A stretch of 64,000 nt of DNA from Pseudomonadota bacterium (lineage in GTDB: Bacteria > Pseudomonadota > Alphaproteobacteria > Rhodobacterales > Rhodobacteraceae). The stretch is from NCBI GenBank assembly GCA_049323795.1, contig JBMOOH010000005.1, positions 2,261 to 66,260 of the forward strand, written 5' to 3'. The notes below the pieces were generated by a model. The model was not told the DNA's origin, searched no databases, and saw only the letters and a program-made list of their open reading frames with translations. The translations under genes and the position numbers were made by a program. Position 1 is the stretch's first letter. Each line of letters opens with the position of its first letter. This document shows positions 31,975-40,191 of the stretch, piece by piece.

Positions 31975-32352
31975 TTACAGAGCCTGCCGCATGCCGGCGT
32001 CCGCGGCCGCATCCGGCGTGCCGCAGCCGCAGGCGGGGGTTTGATCCCGGCCCTCCTCGGCGCCGCCCGTCTGGCACAGCCCGAGGGCCATCAGCACCGC
32101 GATGTCGCGCCGGATCTCCATCAGCATCGCCGCGGCCTCGCCGGGATCGAGGCCGAGGTCGGACGTCGCCTCGGCAAGCGTCTGCCCCTTGATGTCGCAG
32201 CGCAGGAACAGATCGCGGCGGAGCCGGACGGCGCGGCGCTGGGCCTCGGGCAGGCAGGCGCAGAACAGTGAATTCAGGACGGCACGGAACTCGGCATCGA
32301 CCTGCAACTCGTCGTCGAGGCCGGAACAGGACTCCTCCCTAGCGTTCGTCAT
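31975..32352 (-). CDS. small sigma-70-region-4-like HTH protein with Cys pairs (CAC, CGC)
   Basis: 125 aa: ...LFCACLPEAQRRAVRLRRDLFLRCDIKGQTLAEATSDLGLDPGEAAAMLMEIRRDIAVLM...PACGCG... ATG at 32352 with a purine-rich SD. No family recognised. Confidence 0.45.
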   Translation of the reverse strand: MTNAREESCSGLDDELQVDAEFRAVLNSLFCACLPEAQRRAVRLRRDLFLRCDIKGQTLAEATSDLGLDPGEAAAMLMEIRRDIAVLMALGLCQTGGAEEGRDQTPACGCGTPDAAADAGMRQAL

Positions 32353-32437
32353 GTGCTCTCTCTCCCTGGCTGATCGGCGCAAAGGCCGTTCAGCCCGGGA
32401 GACGCTCCGGCGGCGCCCCCATTACCAATGGCTGGGC

Positions 32438-33070
32438 TCAGGTGGCGTCCACGTCGTCGCACCGGGTCTGGTGCTCGACGTTCTCGCAGCCGCCGGGCAT
32501 GCAGGAACAATCGTCGAAGCCATGCTGGCAGCAGGGACCGCAATGGCCGACCAGCAGGTCGCGGAGCGCCTTGCGGGCGCGGTGGAGGCGCACCGCCAGC
32601 GTACCCGGCCGGATGCCGAGATCGGCGGCGACCGCGGCATGGTCCGCGAGGCCGAGGTCGATCCGCCGGATCAGGTCGGCGTCGGCGGGGCGCAGTCCGG
32701 GAACCAGTCCCCTGATGCAGCCGCAGACCAGATCCATCGCCTCGGGCGCGTCCACCGCGTCTCCGACCGCCGCCATCTCCTGCGCGAAGGCCTCGTCCAG
32801 CCGGCGCCGGCGCCCTGCCTTGCGGAAATGATCGTTGAGCGTCGAACGCAGGACCGCGTAGAGCCACGCATCGAGGCGCTCGGCATTGCGCAGCTGCTCG
32901 TGGCGGGTGAGCACCCGGATGCAGAATTCCTGCAGCACGTCCTCGGCGTCGGCGCGATTGCCGAGCCTCTTCACGAGAAACCGGAGAAACGCGCTGCGTC
33001 CGCTGGTCAGCGGCCGCTGGATCGCGGCGTTGCCGGAGACGGCCCCTGTTCCTGCCTGCTTCGCATCCAT
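32438..33070 (-). CDS. ECF sigma factor with linker CxC and a C-terminal Cys-rich domain (CorE-like, ECF44-type)
   Basis: Region 2 (DAEDVLQEFCIRVL...LDAWLYAVLRSTLNDHFR) and region 4 (LRPADADLIRRIDLGLADHAAVAADLGIRPGTLAVRLHRARKAL). LVCGCIRG lies between the regions, and the tail is HCGPCCQHGFDDCSCMPGGCENVEH. ATG at 33070. Confidence 0.8.
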   Translation of the reverse strand: MDAKQAGTGAVSGNAAIQRPLTSGRSAFLRFLVKRLGNRADAEDVLQEFCIRVLTRHEQLRNAERLDAWLYAVLRSTLNDHFRKAGRRRRLDEAFAQEMAAVGDAVDAPEAMDLVCGCIRGLVPGLRPADADLIRRIDLGLADHAAVAADLGIRPGTLAVRLHRARKALRDLLVGHCGPCCQHGFDDCSCMPGGCENVEHQTRCDDVDAT

Positions 33071-33210
33071 GTTCAACGCCTCTCTGGTCCCGAGCGCGGA
33101 TCCGCCGGTGCGCGTCAGCCGATCAGGGCGGACCATGCCTTGCGCGGGCGACTCGCGTCATGATGTAGATCAAGCATCCTGCGCAGGGCAACAGGCCGTC
33201 ATCCCCGGGG

Positions 33211-33257
33211 CCGGTATCCCCCTCCCCCCGGGGGGGGGGCGCGGGGGGCATACCCGG
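33211..33257. other. C6/G10 homopolymer-centred imperfect hairpin between the ABC ATPase gene and the ECF sigma gene
   Basis: ccggtatccccctcccccc / ggggggggggcgcggggggcatacccgg. The G10 run is at 33230-33239. Possible terminator, or a G-quadruplex/i-motif-prone tract. Confidence 0.5.
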
Positions 33258-33376
33258 GGGCCGGCACGCCCGGTCAGGCACCCGCCCCCCGCCCCTCGGC
33301 ACGTGTCCGGGTGAATGCAGCCCGGCGGCCCTGCAAGGCCGTCGCCCTCGCCGCGCCGTCCGGCCGGAAGGCGCGG

Positions 33377-35164
33377 TCAGGCGGGCACCGCCACCAGATG
33401 GCTGTCGCCCGTATCGACGAGCCTCGCGCGGACCGGACCCTCCCCGAGGGGGTGCACCGGACTGGGCACCTCACCGGACGGACGCGGGATCGCCGGTCGG
33501 ACGGCTGCCGGGTCGGGCACCGGCACGGCCTCGATCAACCGGCGCGTATAGGGGTGCTGCGGGTTGCCGAAGATCTGGGCCCGCGTGCCCATCTCGACGA
33601 TCTGGCCGAGATACATCACGGCCACCCGGTCCGAGATGTTCTCCACCACCGCCATGTCGTGGCTGATGAACAGAAAGGCGACGCCGAATTCCTGCTGCAG
33701 AGTCCGGAGCAGGTCGAGGACGCGGGCCTGCACGCTGACATCGAGTGCGCTGACGCTCTCGTCGGCGATGATCAGGTCGGGCTGCAGCGCCAGGGCGCGG
33801 GCGATGCAGATGCGCTGGCGCTGCCCGCCGGAGAATTCGTGCGGGTAGCGGTCAAGCTGGTCGGCCGTCAGGCCCACGCGCCTCATGAGGTCTGCCGCGC
33901 GCGCACGGCGCGCGTCGGCCGGGCCGATGCCATGGATGAGGAGCGGCTCGGCAATCTGGTCGCCCGCCGTCATGCGGGGGTCGAGCGCTGCCATCGGGTC
34001 CTGGAACACCATCTGGACGCGGCGGCGCAGGGCCGCAAGACCGGACCTGTCCGTGTCGGACAGCGCCTTCCCGGCGATCTCGATCCGGCCCTCATGCGGC
34101 ACCAGGCCGACCATGGCCTTGGCGATCGTCGACTTGCCGCAACCGGATTCGCCGACGAGCGCCAGCGTCTCGCCCCGGCGGATGTCGAAACTGACGTGCT
34201 CCACGGCATGGATCAGGTGGGTTGTCCGGCCGAGAAGGCCGCCCTTCAGCGGAAAGCGCACCACGACGTCCGAAAGGCGGGCGATCGGTGACCCGCGCGG
34301 CGGCGCGCGGCGGGCGCCCTGCCCCATGCGCGGCACCGCGGCAAGGAGGTCGCGTGTGTACTGGGCCTTGGGCGCCGCGAAGAGGGATGCGACCGGCGCT
34401 TCCTCGACCATCGCGCCGCTGCGCATGACGATGACGCGGTCGGCCATTTCCGCCACCACGCCCATGTCGTGGGTGATCAGGATGATCGCGGTGCCGGTCT
34501 CGCGCTGGAGGTCGCGCAGAAGGTCGAGGACCTCTCGCTGGACCGTCACGTCGAGCGCGGTGGTCGGTTCGTCGGCGATCAGCACCTCGGGCCGGAGGGC
34601 GAGCGCCATGGCGATCATGACCCGCTGGCGCATGCCCCCGGAGAGTTCGTGCGGATACTGGGTCAGGCGCCGCTCGGGCTGCGACAGGCGCACGGCGCGG
34701 AGCGCCCGAAGTGCGCGGGCCCGCGCCTCGGTCCGGCCGACCGGCTCATGCGCGCGGATCGCCTCGGCAAGCTGCGTGCCCACCGTCATGACCGGGTTCA
34801 GGCTGGTCATCGGCTCCTGGAAGATCATGGCGATGCGGTCGCCGCGGATCGCGCGGAGACGCGCCTCGGGCAGGCCGGTCAGCTCGGTTTCCCCCAGATG
34901 GACCGCGCCGCCCGTCACCCGGACCGCGGGCGGGAGAAGGCCCATGATGGCGAGCGAGGTGATGGACTTGCCCGACCCGCTTTCGCCCGCGATGCAGAGC
35001 GTCTCGCCGCGGCGCAGGGTGAAGGAAAGGCCGTCGACGAGCGGCAGCGATCCTTCCCCGGCCCTGACCGAGACCGTCAGCCCCCGCACCGTCAGGACAG
35101 GCGGCTGCTCCGGGACCGTGGCGACCCCGGAGCCCGCGGTTTCGACGCCCGTCGCAGCCGTCAT
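33377..35164 (-). CDS. fused double ABC ATPase (DppD/DppF-like) of the peptide/nickel importer family
   Basis: Two cassettes: GESGSGKS...LSGGMRQRV and GESGCGKST...FSGGQRQRI. The ATG overlaps the upstream stop (ATGA). Confidence 0.9.
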   Translation of the reverse strand: MTAATGVETAGSGVATVPEQPPVLTVRGLTVSVRAGEGSLPLVDGLSFTLRRGETLCIAGESGSGKSITSLAIMGLLPPAVRVTGGAVHLGETELTGLPEARLRAIRGDRIAMIFQEPMTSLNPVMTVGTQLAEAIRAHEPVGRTEARARALRALRAVRLSQPERRLTQYPHELSGGMRQRVMIAMALALRPEVLIADEPTTALDVTVQREVLDLLRDLQRETGTAIILITHDMGVVAEMADRVIVMRSGAMVEEAPVASLFAAPKAQYTRDLLAAVPRMGQGARRAPPRGSPIARLSDVVVRFPLKGGLLGRTTHLIHAVEHVSFDIRRGETLALVGESGCGKSTIAKAMVGLVPHEGRIEIAGKALSDTDRSGLAALRRRVQMVFQDPMAALDPRMTAGDQIAEPLLIHGIGPADARRARAADLMRRVGLTADQLDRYPHEFSGGQRQRICIARALALQPDLIIADESVSALDVSVQARVLDLLRTLQQEFGVAFLFISHDMAVVENISDRVAVMYLGQIVEMGTRAQIFGNPQHPYTRRLIEAVPVPDPAAVRPAIPRPSGEVPSPVHPLGEGPVRARLVDTGDSHLVAVPA

Positions 35165-36120
35165 TCGAAGACGCAGCGCGGAAAGTAGAACGAGACCACC
35201 CAGTTCGGCATGTCCACGATCTCGGAGATGCGCAGATCACCGCAGACCGAACAGAGCATGTAGGCATCAACCGCCGCCATGCCGCGCTGCGCGCAGAGCA
35301 GGTCGATCATGTGCGACACCGCCGCGCGCGCGCCCGTCATCAGGTCCGGGCCGATGCCGGTCGTGGCCTCGTAGCCCCTGGCGTCAAGATGGCGGGTGAC
35401 CGGGCCCGGCGTGGTGAAGCGCGGAGTCCCGAGGCCGGCGCCCTTCACCAGGTCGAGCGTCAGCACGACATCCATCGGGCTTTCGATGGCGGTCCCGCAG
35501 ACTTCTCCGTCACCCTGCGCGGCATGGGTGTCGCCGACGCTGAACAGCGCGCCCTCGACCTCGACCGGCAGATAGAGGGTGACGCCGGCGGTCAGGTCGC
35601 GGATGTCGAGGTTGCCGCCGACGCGCCGGGGCGGAACGACCGAGTGGAGGCCCTTCTCGGCGGGCGCGTTGCCGATGGTGCCCGAGAAGGGCTTGAGCGG
35701 CACGCGCGCCTCCTTTCCCCAGAGCGCGGGCGCCATGCTGGCCGGGTCGTAGGACCAGAGGTTCAGGGCGGCGTCCCGGAACTGGTCGGCAAGCAGCCCG
35801 AAGCCCGGAATGTTCGCCGTCCAGCCGAACCCCCTGCCGTCGAACTGCCGGGGCGCGAAGCCTTCGAGCGTGACCTTGAGCGCGTCGCCGGGTCGGGCGC
35901 CTTCGACATGGATCGGCCCCGAGACCGGGTTGATCCTGCCGAAGTCGAGGTTGGCCACGTCCGCAAGGGTGGACGACGGGCCAAGCTGGCCCGCCGAGGA
36001 ATCATGACAATGGAACTCGATCGTCGATCCGGGCGCGACGCGCAGCGCGGGCGGCAGGGAATTGTCCCAGCCGAAGTGGTGCTGCGCACCGTGGATGGTG
36101 TAGCCGCAGGCCTTGCACAT
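35161..36120 (-). CDS. acetamidase/formamidase family amidohydrolase
   Basis: MCKACGYTIHGAQHHFGWDNSLPPALRVAPGSTIEFHCHD...NPVSGPIHVEGARPGD...GDTHAAQGDGEVCGTAIE (FmdA/AmdA family pattern). Confidence 0.85.
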   Translation of the reverse strand: MCKACGYTIHGAQHHFGWDNSLPPALRVAPGSTIEFHCHDSSAGQLGPSSTLADVANLDFGRINPVSGPIHVEGARPGDALKVTLEGFAPRQFDGRGFGWTANIPGFGLLADQFRDAALNLWSYDPASMAPALWGKEARVPLKPFSGTIGNAPAEKGLHSVVPPRRVGGNLDIRDLTAGVTLYLPVEVEGALFSVGDTHAAQGDGEVCGTAIESPMDVVLTLDLVKGAGLGTPRFTTPGPVTRHLDARGYEATTGIGPDLMTGARAAVSHMIDLLCAQRGMAAVDAYMLCSVCGDLRISEIVDMPNWVVSFYFPRCVFE

Positions 36121-37734
36121 CTACTGCTTGACCCAGACGTAATCGTAGTTGACCGGGATCGAGACGGGATCGACGTAGAGCGCATCCTCGCCGCCCATCC
36201 GTTCGGACTTCATCGTGTAGCGCTCCTCGTTGAAGACCGGCACCCAGGGCGCGTCCTCCATCACGCTCATGTAGATGTCCGACCACATCTTCAGCCGGTC
36301 AGCCGCCTTGGCCGGATCGAAGATGCTGTCGGCCTCGACCGCCTTGGCGTCGAGCGCCTCGTTGCAGTATTTCGACCAGTTCCAGCCCCCCTCGGCGGCG
36401 CCCGCGCAGCCGAGGATGGGGCCGTAGAAGTTGGACGGGTCGGGGAAGTCCGCGATCCAGGCCATGCCGCCCGACCAGATCATCGGGGCGGTGCCCGCGC
36501 CGCCCGCCTCGATCACGTTCGCCTGGGCGAGGCTCTGGATGCTGGCCTTGATCCCGATGGCGGCGAGATCCTGCTGGATGGCCTGCGCGATGCGCGGGTT
36601 CGGGTCGGTGTTCATCACGTAGAGATCCGTCTCGAACCCGTCGGGAAGGCCCGCATCGGCGAGCATCTTCCGCGCGCCCTCGACGTCGTAGGGATAGCCG
36701 GCGTAGCCCTCGGTGTAGCCCGGCATCGACGGCGGCAGCGGCTGCGTCGCCGGAACGGCGCGGCCGTTGATGATCTGGATGATGCGTTCCTTGTTGATGG
36801 CCATGTTCACGGCCCGGCGCACCTCGACCTTGTCGAAGGGCGGGGTCTTGACGTTCATCGTGATGTAGCCCGTGTGCAGCTGGCCGCCGATGACCACGCG
36901 ACCGGCCTGCGCCGGATCGGCCATCACCTCGGTGAACTTCGCCGGCGGGATGCCGTCGCCGGGGACGTCGACCTCGCCGTTCTGGAGACGGAGAAGCGCG
37001 ACCACCGGCTCCTGCCCGACCTCGAACACCACCTGATCGAGGAAGGGCACGCCCGGCCGCCAGTAGTCGGGGTTCTTCTCGAAGACGAGCCGCTGCCCGA
37101 GCGTCCATTCGGCCAGCCTGAAGGCGCCCGTGCCGACCGGCTTCTTGCCGAAGTCGGCCCCGGCCGCGTCCACCGCCTCCTTCGGCACGACCGATGCGAA
37201 GTTGAGCGCCATCACGTGCAGGAACGTCGCATCGGGGCGGCTGAGGGTGATCTTCACCGTCAGCGGATCGACCACCTCGACCCCCGACAGCCCCCCCTCG
37301 CCCGCCTTGTCGAACCCGGCGACCGAGCCGAAGAAGCCTGCGCCCGGCGACTGCGTTGCGGGGTTCGTCACCCGGTCGAGGGAATACTTGACGTCCTCGG
37401 CCGTCATCTCGCGGCCGTTGTGGAACTTCACCCCGGCACGCAGCTTGAAGGTGTAGACGAGGCCATCCTCGGAAATCTTGTAGCTCTCCGCCAGGCCGGG
37501 GCGCAGGGTCGTGGTGCCGGGAACGTAGTCCATCAGGCCGTCGAAGAGCGACTTGATCATCGACCAGTTCTGCCAGTCGTACCCGATCGCCGGATCGAGC
37601 GTCGCGACATCGTCCTTGTAGGTGATGACGATGGAGCCGCCGGGCCTGGCCGCCGGATCGGGGGTGTAATCCTGCGCGAACGCCGGGAAGGCCAGCGACA
37701 GGACGAGCGAGGTCGTTGCGAGAAGCGATTTCAT
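36121..37734 (-). CDS. ABC transporter substrate-binding protein, family 5 (peptide/nickel type)
   Basis: 537 aa with a signal peptide (MKSLLATTSLVLSLAFPAFA) and typical SBP_bac_5 sequence character. Lies between the permease and amidase genes. Confidence 0.85.
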   Translation of the reverse strand: MKSLLATTSLVLSLAFPAFAQDYTPDPAARPGGSIVITYKDDVATLDPAIGYDWQNWSMIKSLFDGLMDYVPGTTTLRPGLAESYKISEDGLVYTFKLRAGVKFHNGREMTAEDVKYSLDRVTNPATQSPGAGFFGSVAGFDKAGEGGLSGVEVVDPLTVKITLSRPDATFLHVMALNFASVVPKEAVDAAGADFGKKPVGTGAFRLAEWTLGQRLVFEKNPDYWRPGVPFLDQVVFEVGQEPVVALLRLQNGEVDVPGDGIPPAKFTEVMADPAQAGRVVIGGQLHTGYITMNVKTPPFDKVEVRRAVNMAINKERIIQIINGRAVPATQPLPPSMPGYTEGYAGYPYDVEGARKMLADAGLPDGFETDLYVMNTDPNPRIAQAIQQDLAAIGIKASIQSLAQANVIEAGGAGTAPMIWSGGMAWIADFPDPSNFYGPILGCAGAAEGGWNWSKYCNEALDAKAVEADSIFDPAKAADRLKMWSDIYMSVMEDAPWVPVFNEERYTMKSERMGGEDALYVDPVSIPVNYDYVWVKQ

Positions 37735-37753
37735 GCGTCTTTTCTCCTGTTGG

Positions 37754-38674
37754 TCACTTCAGCTTTATCCGTGGGTCGATGAAGGGGGCGGCGAGGTCGG
37801 CAAGCAGGTTGCCGAGAACGATGGCGAACGCCGAGACCAGCGTGACGCCCAGGATGATCGGGATGTCGATCCGCTGGATCGCCTGCCAGGCGAGCTGGCC
37901 GATGCCGGGCCAGCCGAAGACGGACTCGACGATCACGATCCCGCCCATGAAGATGCCGATGTCGATGCCGATCATGGCGATGACCGGAAGGATGGCGTTG
38001 GGCAGCGCGTGCGCGAGGATGACGCGGGCGCGGCTCAGCCCCTTGGCGCGGGCGGTGCGGATGAAGTCCGCGCGCAGGACGTCGATCATCGACGACCGCA
38101 TCATCCGGCTGTACCAGCCCGACCCGAGGATGCCGAGCGTCACCGCGGGCAGGACGAGGTGGGCGAAGGTGCCGTAGCCGCCGATCGGGAACCAGCCGAG
38201 CCTGACCGCGAAGACATAGAGCAGAAGCAGGCTGACGACGAACTGCGGGGCGGACACCGTGACGAAGGACGCCATCATCAGCGTCTGGTCGAGCACCGTC
38301 CCGCGGCGCAGCGCCGCGACGATGCCGAGCGTCAGGCCAATGACGAGTTCGCAGAAGATCGCGCCGAGCATGAGAAGCAGGGTCGCCGGAAGACGGGACC
38401 GGATCAGTTCGGCAACCTCGGTCTTCTGCAGGTAGCTGCGGCCTAGATCCCCCTGCACGAGGCCCGCAAGATAGCGCCCGTACTGCACGATGAAGGGCTG
38501 ATCCAGCCCGAGTTCCCGGCGGATGTTCTCGACCGTCTCGGCGGTGGCCGAACGTCCGGCGATCTGGCGCACCGGGTCGGCCGGCAGAACGTAGAGCAGG
38601 ACGTAGGTGACGAAGGTCACGCCGAGCAGGATCAGGACCGACTGGAGCAGCCGGCGGACCAGATAGACAGCCAT
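37754..38674 (-). CDS. ABC transporter permease (DppB-like)
   Basis: MAVYLVRRLLQSVLILLGVTFVTYVLLY... plus an EAA-type loop (FIRTARAKGLS). ATG at 38674. Confidence 0.85.
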   Translation of the reverse strand: MAVYLVRRLLQSVLILLGVTFVTYVLLYVLPADPVRQIAGRSATAETVENIRRELGLDQPFIVQYGRYLAGLVQGDLGRSYLQKTEVAELIRSRLPATLLLMLGAIFCELVIGLTLGIVAALRRGTVLDQTLMMASFVTVSAPQFVVSLLLLYVFAVRLGWFPIGGYGTFAHLVLPAVTLGILGSGWYSRMMRSSMIDVLRADFIRTARAKGLSRARVILAHALPNAILPVIAMIGIDIGIFMGGIVIVESVFGWPGIGQLAWQAIQRIDIPIILGVTLVSAFAIVLGNLLADLAAPFIDPRIKLK

Positions 38675-38705
38675 CACCGCTGCGCCCCCGTCATTCGCTT
38701 CCCCG

Positions 38706-39596
38706 TCATTCGCTTCCCCGCTGCGTCGGGTCGAGCACGTCGCGCAGGGCGTCGCCGACGAGGTTGAAGCCAAGCGCGAGAAGGATGATCGCGGCGCCGG
38801 GGATGAAGACCAGCCAGGGCGCCGTCTGGAAGTAGGTCTGGTTCTCGAAGATGATGTTGCCCCAGCTGGGCGTGGGGGGCTGAACGCCGATGCCGAGGAA
38901 CGAGAGCGTGGCTTCGAGCAGCACGGTCGTGGAGATCCCGAGCGTACCCCAGACGATGATCGTCGGAACGAGATGCGGCAGGATGTGCCGGACCAGGATG
39001 CGGCCCGTCCCCGCCCCGAGCGTGCGGCTGGCCGCGATGAAGTCGCGCGTCGCGAGCGATGTCGTTTCGGTGAAGATCACCCGCGCGGTCTGGACCCAGT
39101 TCACGAGGGCGATGACCATCGCGACGATCCAGAGCGACGGCTGGAAGATCGCGGCGAGGCTGATGGCGAGGAGAAGTGCGGGGAAGGCCATCATCAGGTC
39201 GGTGAACCGCATCAGGACGGCGCCGACCCAGCCGCGATGGTAGCCCGCCACGATGCCCACCACCGTTCCGATCAGGAGGGCCATGCCGTTGGCGGCCACG
39301 CCGATGACGAGAGAGGTCCGCGCCCCGTAGAGGATCCGGCTGAAGAGATCGCGCCCCAGAAGGTCGGTCCCGAAGAGGAACCGCCCATCGGGCGGGAGCG
39401 GCGATCCCTCGATCGTGAGGCCGTCGAAGAGCTGGGCGTCCGGTGCGTAGGGCGCGACGAACGGGGCCGCGATCGCGCCGGCGACGACAAGGGCGATCAG
39501 GGACAGTCCCAGAAGGGCCAGCTTGCGCCGCAGAAGCCGCGCCAGGACGCCCGGCGGGGGGGCGCGGTCAGCGCTGGTGAAGCTGGTCATCGCCAT
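38706..39596 (-). CDS. ABC transporter permease (DppC-like)
   Basis: 296 aa with DppC/OppC-type TM pattern (DFIAASRTLGAG...). The start overlaps the amiR 3' end by 29 nt. Confidence 0.85.
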   Translation of the reverse strand: MAMTSFTSADRAPPPGVLARLLRRKLALLGLSLIALVVAGAIAAPFVAPYAPDAQLFDGLTIEGSPLPPDGRFLFGTDLLGRDLFSRILYGARTSLVIGVAANGMALLIGTVVGIVAGYHRGWVGAVLMRFTDLMMAFPALLLAISLAAIFQPSLWIVAMVIALVNWVQTARVIFTETTSLATRDFIAASRTLGAGTGRILVRHILPHLVPTIIVWGTLGISTTVLLEATLSFLGIGVQPPTPSWGNIIFENQTYFQTAPWLVFIPGAAIILLALGFNLVGDALRDVLDPTQRGSE

Positions 39597-40191
39597 CCTC
39601 GTCCCCGGAGGGGCTGCCGCTCAGCCGGGCCACCACGCGCGTCGCCGCATCCTCGAAGGTGACACGCCACGACATGGCCATCTGCCGGAGCTGGCCATAG
39701 GCGGCCGCGTCGTCCCTTGCCCCCTGCGCGACAAGAAGCGTGACCGCCCTGACGACGGTCTGGCGATCGCCGAGCCGACGGCGGAGATCCTCGATCTGGG
39801 CCGAAAGCGCGCGCTGGGCGTCGAAGGCGGCGCGGGCGATCAGCAGGGCCGAGAAGACGCCGTTGTCGCCAACGGGCTTGAGAAGGTGCGCGTGCGCGCC
39901 GGTCCTCTGCGCCCATTCGATCCGCCCCGGAGCCTCGGACCCGATGAGCGCCACCAGCGGCATCGGGCTTTGGCCGGGCATCCACGGAAACTGCTCGTCG
40001 TGGCCCATGTCGGCGTCGAAGAAGACGAAGTCCGCCCCGAGAGCCGCGGGGGCCAGTTCGGGCCAGGACTGGGTCACCGAGAGGCCGATGGCGCGGAGCT
40101 GCCGCTCCAGCGCATGTACGGTCGGATGCGGGCGGTGCAGCACCACAGCCGCGGCGCTGCCCAGATGATGCATGCGGAGCGGCGGCCTCAT
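39568..40191 (-). CDS. amiR: ANTAR-domain response-regulator-like antiterminator (AmiR-like)
   Basis: The C-terminus LGDRQTVVRAVTLLVAQGARDDAAAYGQLRQMAMSWRVTFEDAATRVV has ANTAR character. ATG at 40191 overlaps the amiC stop (ATGA). Confidence 0.8.
   Translation of the reverse strand: MRPPLRMHHLGSAAAVVLHRPHPTVHALERQLRAIGLSVTQSWPELAPAALGADFVFFDADMGHDEQFPWMPGQSPMPLVALIGSEAPGRIEWAQRTGAHAHLLKPVGDNGVFSALLIARAAFDAQRALSAQIEDLRRRLGDRQTVVRAVTLLVAQGARDDAAAYGQLRQMAMSWRVTFEDAATRVVARLSGSPSGDEDGDDQLHQR

Noticed and set aside
38686-38715. 15-bp tandem duplication (ccccgtcattcgctt x2) at the junction of the two Dpp-type permease genes.
   Set aside because: It is real, but it simply duplicates the stop-codon region of the upstream permease in the 31-nt spacer. 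I can support no functional implication.
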